Positions 30,434 to 40,172 of a stretch of DNA of 64,000 nt are shown here, piece by piece. The first letter of the stretch is position 1; each line of letters begins with the position of its first letter. The position numbers were made by a program, and so were the translations under genes. Where the stretch lies: positions 130,911-194,910 of the forward strand of contig CAVTRO010000006.1 in the NCBI GenBank assembly GCA_963737145.1, written 5' to 3'. The stretch comes from an uncultured Alphaproteobacteria bacterium. GTDB taxonomy: Bacteria > Pseudomonadota > Alphaproteobacteria > ATCC43930 > CGMCC-115725. The notes below the pieces were generated by a model. The model was not told the origin of the DNA. It saw only the letters and a list, made by a program, of their open reading frames with translations, and searched no databases.

Positions 30434-31292
30434 ATGCGCTCTCTGCTGTTTGTTCCCGCCGATAGCGAACGCAAGCTCGCCCGCGCGCCGCAATCGGACG
30501 CCGACGCGCTGATCCTCGACCTCGAGGATTCGGTGGCGCCGGCGAATCGGCCGTCGGCGCGCCGTCAAGCCCGCGATTTCCTCGCCACCACCGGTTCCGG
30601 CGGATTTCCGCCGGTATGTGCGGATCAACGCATTGTCGAGCGGCGTCGCCCTCGATGATCTCGTTGTGGTCGTGCCAGCAAAACCGGATGGAATACTGCT
30701 GCCGAAATGCGTGCCGGAGGACCTGCGCACGCTCGACCATTATCTTTTGGCTCTGGAGGCGGCCTCGGCGCTGCCGCCGGGGAATATCCGGGTCATCGCC
30801 ATCGCCACCGAAACCCCGGCCGCAATGTTCGCCCTCGGCGGTTATGGCGGGGTTTCGCCGCGGCTCGAAGCCATCACCTGGGGCGCTGAAGATCTGGCCG
30901 CGTGTATCGGCGGCAACAATCGCCGGGTCGAGGGCATCTATGATGACGTCTACCGCCTGGCCCGCTCGTTATGCCTGTTGGGAGCGGCAGCCGCCGAGGT
31001 CATCCCGATCGACACGATCTATACCGATTTCAAAGACGAGGCCGGGCTCGCCGCCGAGTGCGCCGCCGCAAGGCGATCCGGCTTCACCGCCAAGATGGCG
31101 ATCCATCCGGCGCAGATCCCGGTCATCAATCAGGCCTTTACCGTCAGCGATGAAGAACTCGCCTGGGCGCGCAATGTCGTCCAGGCTTTTGCCGAAAACC
31201 CTGAAGCCGGGACAATCGCCATTGACGGCAAGATGGTCGACAAGCCGCACCTGATACTCGCACGCCGGCTTCCCGGGTTGAGCGCGAGCTGA
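30434..31292 (+). pseudogene. HpcH/HpaI-CitE family CoA-ester lyase (citrate lyase beta-like), one frameshift
   Basis: MRSLLFVPADSERKLARAPQSDADALILDLEDSVAP.. (frame of ORF 30368) continues as ..YVRINALSSGVALDDL..AITWGAEDLAA..KMAIHPAQIPVIN.. (ORF 30618..31292). The join is near 30605-30615. Confidence 0.8.
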
Positions 31293-31368
31293 GAGATCGG
31301 CTGGCGAGACCGTAGCGGCCGATTTCGTTTGTTGCTAGGCTAGGTAGGCATCCTAGGGTTGACCAGAA

Positions 31369-31971
31369 ATGATCGTGAAATCGATGATCGGGGCACTCGC
31401 CGCGGCGATGCTGTTGGCGGCGTGCTCGCAAACACCGCCGCAATATTTCGGACCACAGCTCGCATCGGCCTCCGGCGAGGTTGAGCCGCAGGCGATCAAC
31501 TCTCCGGCATACGCGATACGCCCGCCGCTGCCCGGCCGCCCCGGTTATCTCGATACGATCCGCTATATCGATGATGGGATCAAATACATCGACCCGTACG
31601 CCGAGTTCTTTATCTCTTACGATGGCCAAATGTGTTTTCGCGGCTTGGTCAATCGCCAAGCAGCATATTTTGAAAATTACCAGAACTATTGGTGCATGTA
31701 TCCAACCGCGGTGAACAACGTTGAAGCACTGGAGAACGATATCAGTTATCTGGATACGGTCCGCTTGTGGTGCGTGCTGGCGGCGCCGCAATGCGCCCGC
31801 CGAATCGGGTTTCCTGATTATCTCGATGAAAGCGCCTGGATCGGGAACAGCATCACGGCGCAGACCCGCCCTTTTAGAGAGCAGCGCAATGCCATCGCGT
31901 ATCTGATCTACCTGATGGGCGGGAACGCAGCCGGCGCGCAGCCTCTACGACCAGCCGCTCTTTCGCATTAA
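31369..31971 (+). CDS. Lipoprotein, function unknown
   Basis: The lipobox LLAAC sits within MIVKSMIGALAAAMLLAACSQ, in a 200-aa ORF. Confidence 0.55.
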   Translation: MIVKSMIGALAAAMLLAACSQTPPQYFGPQLASASGEVEPQAINSPAYAIRPPLPGRPGYLDTIRYIDDGIKYIDPYAEFFISYDGQMCFRGLVNRQAAYFENYQNYWCMYPTAVNNVEALENDISYLDTVRLWCVLAAPQCARRIGFPDYLDESAWIGNSITAQTRPFREQRNAIAYLIYLMGGNAAGAQPLRPAALSH

Positions 31972-32006
31972 CGTTAACCTGCGGGAAGCGAGCTTCTCCG
32001 CGCCGG

Positions 32007-32879
32007 TCAACCGAGCCAGCCGGTCGCGACGCCCGCGAGCAATACGGCGCCGACAAAGGCGCGGTAGACGACGAATGGCCAAGCTGCGAAACGTTCGAGG
32101 ATGCGCAAGAGGCCCCAGATCGCGAAAAAAGACGAGAGGCTCGCGACGACCAGTCCCAAGAGCAGCACCAACCAGCCATGCGCATCGAGCCCAGCGTGCC
32201 GCAGCTCCACCAATTCCTTGAGGCCGGCCAGCGCGATCGCCGGCAATCCGAGCAGGAACGAGAAGCGCGCGGCGTCCTCGCGCTTGAAGCCGAGGAAGAG
32301 GGCCGCCGTCAGGGTCGAGCCCGAGCGCGAGACGCCGGGGATCAGGGCGCCGACCTGCGCCATGCCGACAACGAGGCAGTCGAGGAGCCCCACGCGCTCG
32401 AAGGGGCGCTGATGGCGCGCCGCGACTTCCGCGATTGCGAGCAGCAGCGCCATGACGATGCAAGCTAGGCCCACCACGACGAGGCTCCGCAGCGGCGAGC
32501 CGCAGGTATTGAGTGTCTTAGCGAGCGCAAGCCCGGCGATCCCGATCGGTATGGTGCCGATCACGATGCCGACGGCGAGTATGAATGAACGATTGTAGTA
32601 GTCGCGGCGTGCGATCGCCCACAACGACCCGAAGACGAGGTCCCGAACATCTCGCCAGAAGTAGCTGATGACCGCCGCCAAGGCGGCGAGCTGCATAGCC
32701 GCCGAAAAGGCGGACCCCGGGTCCGGCCAGCCCAGGAGTGCCGGTACGATGCGCATATGCGCCGTCGAGGAGATCGGCATCAGCTCGGTGATGCCTTGAA
32801 CGACGCCCAGCACGGCCACCTTCGCATAGCCGAGCGCAACGAACCCCGTGTCGATGCCGTTGGTACAACCATTATCCAC
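32007..32879 (-). CDS. uppP: Undecaprenyl-diphosphate phosphatase
   Basis: BacA/UppP signatures VVQGITELMPISSTAHM and PGVSRSGSTL, in a polytopic membrane profile. Confidence 0.9.
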   Translation of the reverse strand: MDNGCTNGIDTGFVALGYAKVAVLGVVQGITELMPISSTAHMRIVPALLGWPDPGSAFSAAMQLAALAAVISYFWRDVRDLVFGSLWAIARRDYYNRSFILAVGIVIGTIPIGIAGLALAKTLNTCGSPLRSLVVVGLACIVMALLLAIAEVAARHQRPFERVGLLDCLVVGMAQVGALIPGVSRSGSTLTAALFLGFKREDAARFSFLLGLPAIALAGLKELVELRHAGLDAHGWLVLLLGLVVASLSSFFAIWGLLRILERFAAWPFVVYRAFVGAVLLAGVATGWLG

Positions 32880-32964
32880 GCGATTGCTTCGCCTTTAAAT
32901 TCCGTGCCGGGTCGGTGCGGGTCGGAAACGCCAACTCGACATTTCCTCGCAGCCGCCGATCAAT

Positions 32965-33012
32965 GGGCAAGCCGGTTGGTGGGCAAGCCGGTTGGTGGGC
33001 AAGCCGGTTGGT
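32965..33012. repeat. Perfect 3 x 16-bp direct tandem repeat
   Basis: gggcaagccggttggt occurs three times in a row, read directly. It begins 86 nt upstream of the uppP start. Confidence 0.9.
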
Positions 33013-33416
33013 GTCGTAGAAGCACCAGTGATTATGGAAAACTACCGGTTAACCGCTTGCGGTGATACGCGATATGCGTGCCGAAAGCAAATCTCGCTTA
33101 TACCGGCGCACCGGCAAGACTGCGGTCGCCGCGCATGCTGCCAAATCGCTTCTTTTATGTTATTACGCAACCGCCTTTTTAGCGCGCATTCCAATCCAGT
33201 TGCATCGCTTCCCCAGGGCGTCGTCCGGGGGCTTGATCCCGGATCTCTGAGATGTCCGGGTTAACCATGGTCGAGCCCGGCCATGACGAATGCACGAAAC
33301 AATCCCATCTGGTCGGATACCGCTCTAATTGATGTTCTTCGTTTGCATTTCCGCAAGCGCGTCGGAATGACAAATTTACCAAAATGGCTTCTGCGGGCTG
33401 AAACTCAATTTCTGGC

Positions 33417-33442
33417 AAAAGCGAGTCCAACGCGCTCGCTTT
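33417..33442 (-). terminator. Candidate intrinsic terminator of glnA
   Basis: On the minus strand, aaagcgag-cgcgttgga-ctcgcttt is followed by t, 30 nt after the glnA stop. Confidence 0.5.
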
Positions 33443-33471
33443 AAGCAATCGAAATTTAGGCGGCTTTCCGC

Positions 33472-34881
33472 TTAGACCGAGTAATACATCTGGAATTCGA
33501 TCGGATGCGGGGTGTGCTCGAAGGCGTAGACCTCCTCCCACTTCAATTCCATGTAGGCTTCGATCTGGTCCATGTTGAAGACGTCGCCCTTCAACAGGAA
33601 GGCGTGGTCGTTGCGCAATTCGCCCAACGCCTCGCGCAGTGAGCCGCACACGACCGGCACATCGGTCAATTCTTCCGGCGGCAGGTCGTAGAGGTTCTTG
33701 TCCATCGGGTCGCCGGGGTGGATCTTGTTCTGGACGCCGTCGAGCCCGGCCATCAACATCGCGGCAAAGCCGAGATAGGGGTTGGCTGCCGGGTCGGGAT
33801 AGCGAACCTCGACCCTCTTCCCCTTCGGGCTGGCCACGTAGGGGATGCGACAAGACGCCGAACGGTTGCGCGACGAATAGGCGAGCAGCACCGGCGCCTC
33901 GAAACCCGGGATCAGCCGCTTGTAGCTGTTGGTAGTCGGGTTCGTGAACGCGTTGATCGCCTTGGCGTGCCGGATGATGCCGCCGATGTAGTAGAGCGCC
34001 GTCTCGGATAAATCAGCGTAGAGGTTGCCGGCGAAGAGCGGACGCTCGCCCTTCCACAGGGACTGGTGGACGTGCATACCCGAACCGTTGTCACCCATGA
34101 CCGGCTTCGGCATGAAGGTCGCGGTCTTGCCGTACTGGTTGGCGACGTTGTGCACGACATATTTGTAAATCTGCATATGGTCGGCGGTGCTGACCAGGGT
34201 CGAAAACACAAAACCCAATTCAGCCTGCGCCGGCGCCACCTCGTGATGATGCTTTTCGACCGCGAGCCCCATGTCGTGCATCACCGACAACATCTCGGCA
34301 CGCATATCCGATTGGCTGTCGACCGGCGGCACAGGGAAATAGCCGCCCTTGATCGGCGGCCGGTGGCCGGTGTTGCCGTCGGGCATTTTCCTATCGCTGA
34401 CGTAGGGGCCCTCTTCGCTGTCGATTTCGTACATCGCCCCCTTCATCGTCGCCGAATAGCGCACATCGTCGAAGATGAAGAATTCAGCTTCCGGCCCGAA
34501 AAAGGCTTTGTCGCCGATGCCGGTCGCGATCAGATGTTGCTCGGCCTTCTTCGCGATCGAACGCGGGTCGCGGGCATAGGGCTGCCCGGTCATCGGCTCG
34601 TGCACATCGCAAAAGATTATCAGCGACGTCTGGGCGGCGAACGGGTCGAGAACTGCAGTCGAACACTCGGGCACCAGCATCATGTCCGAGTCGTTGATCG
34701 CCTTCCAACCGGCGATCGACGATCCGTCGAACATCACCCCGCCGTCGAGGAAATCCTCGCTGATCGTCCGTACGTGATGCGCCAGATGCTGCCACTTGCC
34801 GCGCGGGTCGGTGAACCGGAAGTCGACGTATTTGACGTCGTGCTCCTTGATTATATCCATGACTTTTTGGGTATCAGACAT
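33472..34881 (-). CDS. glnA: Glutamine synthetase type I
   Basis: 469-aa ORF with a typical GSI N-terminus ([17 protein letters not shown]) and the adenylylation-site context [10 protein letters not shown]. Confidence 0.97.
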   Translation of the reverse strand: MSDTQKVMDIIKEHDVKYVDFRFTDPRGKWQHLAHHVRTISEDFLDGGVMFDGSSIAGWKAINDSDMMLVPECSTAVLDPFAAQTSLIIFCDVHEPMTGQPYARDPRSIAKKAEQHLIATGIGDKAFFGPEAEFFIFDDVRYSATMKGAMYEIDSEEGPYVSDRKMPDGNTGHRPPIKGGYFPVPPVDSQSDMRAEMLSVMHDMGLAVEKHHHEVAPAQAELGFVFSTLVSTADHMQIYKYVVHNVANQYGKTATFMPKPVMGDNGSGMHVHQSLWKGERPLFAGNLYADLSETALYYIGGIIRHAKAINAFTNPTTNSYKRLIPGFEAPVLLAYSSRNRSASCRIPYVASPKGKRVEVRYPDPAANPYLGFAAMLMAGLDGVQNKIHPGDPMDKNLYDLPPEELTDVPVVCGSLREALGELRNDHAFLLKGDVFNMDQIEAYMELKWEEVYAFEHTPHPIEFQMYYSV

Positions 34882-34960
34882 TGCAACTTTCCGTTCAATG
34901 TTTAACAGGGGTTCAGGAGCGCGAGCGCGAGATCACCGCAGGAGGTCCTACGGCGTAAGC

Positions 34961-35431
<471 letters not shown>

Positions 35432-35460
35432 TCAATCTGCTGAATAATTAATCAACTCAT

Positions 35461-36645
35461 TCAGCTGGATGACAGATTGCCGAGACGTTTCCCAATTCGG
35501 GCGATCGCCTCGGCGATCGCCTGTCGGCTGTTGGCGTAAGAGAAACGCAAATAGCCCTCGCCATATTCGCCAAAGCTGGTGCCGGCGACGGTTGCCACCC
35601 CGGCTTGCTCGAGCAGCTGGCCTTGCAGTGCCCGCGCGCCGTAACCGGTCCCGGTGATATTAGGGAAAGTGTAGAACGCGCCGCCCGGCTGCTGACAGCG
35701 AAAGCCGGGCAGCGCGTTCAACGCCGCGACGATCATTTCGCGTCGCTCGGCAAACGCGTTCACCATGCGGTGAACCGGCTCGCGCGGGCCGGTCAGCGCG
35801 GCGATCCCGGCATGTTGGGCGGCGGCGTTGACGCAGGAGTGGCAGTTGATCGCGAGCCGCTCGGCATGACCGAACAGCGCCTTGGGCCATACCGCGTAAC
35901 CCAGCCGCCAGCCCGTCATCGCATAGGTCTTGCTCCACCCGTCGAGAAGGATCAGCCGGTCGCGCAGCGACGGGTAACGAAGAAGGCTAATGTGCTCGGC
36001 GCCGTCGTAAAGGATTTCCCCGTAAATTTCGTCGCTGAGCACGGCGACCTGCGGGTGCCGCTCGAGCCCGGCGACCAGGCGGTCGAGCTCGTGCCGCGGC
36101 ACGACGCCGCCCGTCGGATTGGCCGGGCTGTTAATGATGATGAGCCGGGTGCGCGGCGTAATTTTGTCGAGGACCTCGTCGGCGCTGAACGAGAAGCCCG
36201 CCGCCTCGTGCAGCGGGATCGGCACCGGCGTCGCTCCCGAAAACCGGATCACGCTCTCGTAAATCGGGAACCCCGGGTTGGGGTGGAGTATCTCGACCCC
36301 CGGCTCGCCAAACATCAGGATCGCGAAGAACATCGTGACCTTGCCGCCGGGGACGACCAGCACCAGGTCCGGCGAAACTTCCACCCCGTGGCGGCGCAGG
36401 AGATCGGCCGCGACCGCGGCGCGCAGCGGCGGAATGCCGTTCGCCGGCGTATACCCGTGGTGGCCGTCGGCGAGCGCCTTGCGGCCGGCCTCGACGATGT
36501 GCTCGGGAGTCGGGAAATCCGGCTGTCCTATGCCGAGATTGATGATCGAGCGGCCCTCGGCGGCGAGCGCATTGGCGCGGGCGAGCACCTCAAACGCGGT
36601 CTCGGTCCCGAGGACACCCATGCGTCCGGCCATCTGCAGCATCAT
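35461..36645 (-). CDS. Pyridoxal-phosphate-dependent aminotransferase (class I, aspartate aminotransferase-like)
   Basis: Uninterrupted 394-aa ORF with INSPANPTG and the PLP lysine in DGWSKTYAMTGWRLGY. Confidence 0.9.
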   Translation of the reverse strand: MMLQMAGRMGVLGTETAFEVLARANALAAEGRSIINLGIGQPDFPTPEHIVEAGRKALADGHHGYTPANGIPPLRAAVAADLLRRHGVEVSPDLVLVVPGGKVTMFFAILMFGEPGVEILHPNPGFPIYESVIRFSGATPVPIPLHEAAGFSFSADEVLDKITPRTRLIIINSPANPTGGVVPRHELDRLVAGLERHPQVAVLSDEIYGEILYDGAEHISLLRYPSLRDRLILLDGWSKTYAMTGWRLGYAVWPKALFGHAERLAINCHSCVNAAAQHAGIAALTGPREPVHRMVNAFAERREMIVAALNALPGFRCQQPGGAFYTFPNITGTGYGARALQGQLLEQAGVATVAGTSFGEYGEGYLRFSYANSRQAIAEAIARIGKRLGNLSSS

Positions 36646-36902
36646 TCTCTCCTAACCGATTTTTGTTGAGCAGAAATTAGCGCGCCGTCGCGCGCTTGGA
36701 AAAAAGGTTCGCACGAGGTTCGCCGCTGGAGGAAGCAGGATTCGAAGCACTCGAGCGAATAGTCAATTGGCGAAAAGGTGGATGCGGGCGAGACCCGGCC
36801 ACCTTTCTCGCGTGCCCCTAGGCCTGGGTATGCTGTTCGGTGCGGCTTCAGCCGCGTCCAATCGACACGCGCGGGTCAAATCGGGGTGTTATTCACCCCT
36901 AA

Positions 36903-37961
36903 TCAGCGGCGGACCCAAACCCTCGATCCAGCGCCGAGGAGGACGGCCGAAACCAGGAGGACCATTGAGGACGGCTCCGGTACAAAGCCGAGTTGGGCGA
37001 GATCGACTTCGGCAATAACTCCGGCGTGATCCGACGGCCATAGCGGCTGAGAACCTTCGAAGGGCATCGTATTGCCGACCAATAGCGCCAAATCCAACGA
37101 GGAGAACCCTCGCTCGAAAACGTAATCGTAGTGGTTCGTCAACTGCGATGTCGGGTTGCTCAGGTCAGGCGACTGACAGCACGTCGGTCCCGCCGCCCCG
37201 AGAGCGGCCGTCACATCGGTGAAGCCGGCAGCCAGCATCTCCGCGTAGGTCGGTTCGTTAGGATTGGCGTTGAAATCGCCGACGACCAGTTGCGGCTCCG
37301 CGACGGTGTCGAGTTGCTGAATTATCTCACCGGCTTGCGCCGCGTTTGCCGGCGAATGGGTTTCGTCGAGATGCGTCGAGACAAACTCAAACGGGACACC
37401 ATCGAGGCTTGCATTGACCAGAACATAACCGCGCTGTAGCGGGATGCCACCGAGCGTCACGTTGTTGGCAAAGGTGTATCCGGTCCCCGTTGCGGTAAAA
37501 CCGGCAACGTCGGTGCGAGCGAGCACGATCTCTTGGTCGGTAAGGCTGAAGCCGGCCCCGGAGACCTGGAATCCCGTGTGGACGCCGGCTTCCGAGTAGT
37601 GGAGCCCCTGCGTGGCTAGAGCATTGATCAGAGTTTGCGGGTAATCGAGTGTCGTACCGCCGGGTGCGCTGATGATTTCGGCTTCCTGCAAACCGATCAG
37701 CAACGGCCCGCCCGCGCTCGCCGCTTCGCTGGCGATTGCCGCTGCGCGCGCCGGGAAGTTGTTTGCAAGTACCAAATTGAAAGCGGCTTGTATCGCAGCC
37801 GGCGTAGGGTTAGCGAGCACCGGGGTGGCATCTGCGCCCACATAGAGGTTCTGGGTCATCACCGGAACTTCGATTGGCGCGGCGCTGGCCTTTATTCCCA
37901 GCAAAAACCAGACAGCTGCCAACAAAACAGCAAAAAAGGGTCGACGATTCAATCGAGCCAT
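36903..37961 (-). CDS. Endonuclease/exonuclease/phosphatase (EEP) family protein with a PEP-CTERM sorting tail
   Basis: Signal peptide, an EEP C-terminal catalytic SDH motif (WPSDHAGVIAEV), and a terminal VPEPSSMVLLVSAVLLGAGSRVWVRR (PEP motif, TM helix, basic end). Confidence 0.75.
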   Translation of the reverse strand: MARLNRRPFFAVLLAAVWFLLGIKASAAPIEVPVMTQNLYVGADATPVLANPTPAAIQAAFNLVLANNFPARAAAIASEAASAGGPLLIGLQEAEIISAPGGTTLDYPQTLINALATQGLHYSEAGVHTGFQVSGAGFSLTDQEIVLARTDVAGFTATGTGYTFANNVTLGGIPLQRGYVLVNASLDGVPFEFVSTHLDETHSPANAAQAGEIIQQLDTVAEPQLVVGDFNANPNEPTYAEMLAAGFTDVTAALGAAGPTCCQSPDLSNPTSQLTNHYDYVFERGFSSLDLALLVGNTMPFEGSQPLWPSDHAGVIAEVDLAQLGFVPEPSSMVLLVSAVLLGAGSRVWVRR

Positions 37962-38249
37962 GGACGCTCCGGGATCTGTCCGAACCAGACTCCGACTTGC
38001 CCAGGCGTATCAAGGCGCATGCCAATCCTGGAATGCCGCGGATATTTAGGTTAACCAAATGTTGGGTGTAAGAAATTCCGACGGCTCGGATCAGACTGGA
38101 ATCACGCCGGTTTCCCGATCGCTCACTCGGATCAGAGATTTACGGTCGTCGAGAGAACAGGGTCCGTGCTTCTTCTCGCTATTGGTTCTACAGAGTAGTA
38201 AAGTTTTCCGACAGAAAGGACGGGGCGGAAGCCGCGCGGCGGTTTCGAA

Positions 38250-38972
38250 ATGCTCCCTCTACGGGGCCAGCGCGATCGCGGCAGGGTCGCCGCGGCTGTC
38301 GTCCAACTGGACTGGCGCGGACAGGACAGCATGTCGGGTGTCGATTGGGGTCAGGCCACCAACGTCGGCAAGGCGCTGCTGTTCTCACCTGTCGTCGGCT
38401 TTGTTCTTCGGCGCTCTTGCTGCTGGCCATGAAGGCGCTCATCAGGCGTCCTGAGTTGTACCGCGCCCCGGAGACCGACAAGCCGCCGGCGTGGTGGATC
38501 AGGGTCCTGCTGATCTTCACCTGCACAGGGGGTCTGCTTCGCCCACGGTTCGAACGACGGCCAGAAGGGCACGGCTCATCATGCTGATCCTGATCGGCAC
38601 CGTGCCTACCGCCTTTACCCTCAATCGCGCGCTTCCCGAAGGCGCGGTCGCCCGATTTTCGGTGAACTCGGCGGCTGCCTCCAAGATCGTCGGGATCGTC
38701 AGCCGCGCCAACCTGATCCAGGCCCTAGCCTCTGTCGTGGGCCGAATGGACCAGCACGACGAAACGGACCGGCAGATGAGGCTCGAGCTGATGTCTCGGC
38801 TGTGGCAGCAATCGTGGACCATTTTGGCAGCCGCAACGTTACGGTCAGCGGCGGCGTTGTGCATTTGCGGGGGCTGGTCGGCTCGCCGGCGGAACACAAG
38901 GCCTTGCTCGCGCTGGCGGAAGGCGTGCCCGGAGTATCTCGGATTGCCGACGAAATGATCCCGGCTTATTAG
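38250..38972 (+). pseudogene. Chimeric relic: central fragment of a PiT-family phosphate transporter joined to the C-terminal CBS/BON fragment of a paralogue of 9481..10203
   Basis: The PiT blocks are GVDWGQATNVGKALLFSPVVGFVL / ALLLLAMKALIRRPELY..PPAWWIRVLLIFTCTG / ..SNDGQKGMGLIMLILIGTVPTAFTLN, read across shifted frames. From ~38690 the sequence reads VGIVSRANLIQALAS.., then a shifted frame IVDHFGSRNVTVSGGVVHLRGLVGSPAEHKALLALAEGVPGVSRIADEMIPAY with its stop at 38970-72. Confidence 0.6.
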
Positions 38973-38999
38973 GAGATCCGGGTTAACGGTGGAGATGTC

Positions 39000-40025
39000 A
39001 TGAAGGTCGGGATCTTTCTTACCTGCCAATACCCGCCCGGGAGCGACATGGTCGCTGCGCTCGAGGCCCAATATGTCATGACGCGGCTGGCGCGCGACCG
39101 CGGCTGGGACGCGGTCGCCACCGGTCAGCACTATTTGAGCGAAGGGATGCGCCAGATCCAGCTGGTTCCGTTTCTGGCGCGTCTGGCCGCGGAAGCCGGG
39201 GAGATGACCGGCATTGCCGGCGTGTTGTTGACGACATTGCACAACCCGGTGGAAGTCGCCGAACACATCGCCTCGCTCGATGCGATCTGGCGCGGCAATT
39301 TTGTCTTTGGCGTGGGTCTCGGCTACCGCGATGTCGAGTTCGACGCCTTCGGCGTGCCACGCGGTCAGCGCGTGCGCCGTTTCGAGCAGTGCCTCGAAGT
39401 CGTCAAGCGGCTGTGGACCGAGGCCAATGTCAGCTTCGAGAACGACATCTGCAAATTGACGAACGTCACAATGACGTGCCGGCCGATCCAGCAACCCTAT
39501 CCGCCGATCTGGTTTGCCGCCAACAACGACCGCGCAGTGAAGCGCGCCGCGCGCCTCGGCGACAGCTGGTTTGTCAATCCGCACGCCACGATACCCGAGA
39601 TTACCCGGCAGCTTGCTCTATACCGCGCGGAGCTCGCGCGTGTCGGCAAGCCGTTTCCGCGGGTATTGCCCTATGCCCGCGAAATCTATTGCGCCAAGGA
39701 CCGAGCTACGGCGCTCGAAATGGCCGGACCTTACCTTTCCGAAAAATACCAGACCTACGCCAAATGGGGCCAAGACGAGGTATTGCCGGGCGACGACACG
39801 TTCCACCGGCCCTTCGAGGAGCTATTGCGCGACCGGTTCGTGCTCGGCAGCCCTGATGACTGCTACGAGCAGCTGCGTCCGTGCTGGGAGCAGACGGGGG
39901 CGAATTTCCTGATGTTCCGGACCCATTGGAGCGGCATGCCCCTCGGCCACGCTTTGGCCAGCATGCGCCTGATCAGCGACGAACTGTTGCCGGCATTGCG
40001 CCGCATCACGCCGGCGCGCGACTGA
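39000..40025 (+). CDS. LLM-class (luciferase-like) flavin-dependent oxidoreductase
   Basis: Uninterrupted 341-aa ORF with a TIM-barrel LLM pattern (VATGQHYLSEG.., GVGLGYRDVEFDAFG). Confidence 0.85.
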   Translation: MKVGIFLTCQYPPGSDMVAALEAQYVMTRLARDRGWDAVATGQHYLSEGMRQIQLVPFLARLAAEAGEMTGIAGVLLTTLHNPVEVAEHIASLDAIWRGNFVFGVGLGYRDVEFDAFGVPRGQRVRRFEQCLEVVKRLWTEANVSFENDICKLTNVTMTCRPIQQPYPPIWFAANNDRAVKRAARLGDSWFVNPHATIPEITRQLALYRAELARVGKPFPRVLPYAREIYCAKDRATALEMAGPYLSEKYQTYAKWGQDEVLPGDDTFHRPFEELLRDRFVLGSPDDCYEQLRPCWEQTGANFLMFRTHWSGMPLGHALASMRLISDELLPALRRITPARD

Positions 40026-40110
40026 GCGGCGGGCTTACCCTTACCCGCCTCGCTGCGCTCGGCGCCTCTCCCGCAGTGTAGGAGAGGAGCTCAAAATGTC
40101 CAGGTAAAGT

Positions 40111-40172
40111 CAAAGCTCCTCTCCCGCACCGCGGGAGAGGAGGACCAAGCCCAAAGGGCTTGGTGGGTGAGG
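40111..40172. repeat. Dispersed ~62-bp double-hairpin repeat, copy 1
   Basis: caaagctcctctcccgcaccgcgggagaggaggaccaagcccaaagggcttggtgggtgagg. A second copy at 62012..62074 has the same architecture, and compensatory changes preserve the second stem. Each copy abuts the stop codon of a minus-strand gene. Confidence 0.75.

Noticed and set aside
32965-33012. Possible CRISPR array.
   Set aside because: The three 16-bp units are directly abutting with no spacers. There are no cas genes, and the unit is too short.
33179-33853. 224-aa minus-strand ORF spanning the glnA 3' end and the spacer.
   Set aside because: It overlaps glnA in another frame, is Arg/Pro-rich and matches no family.
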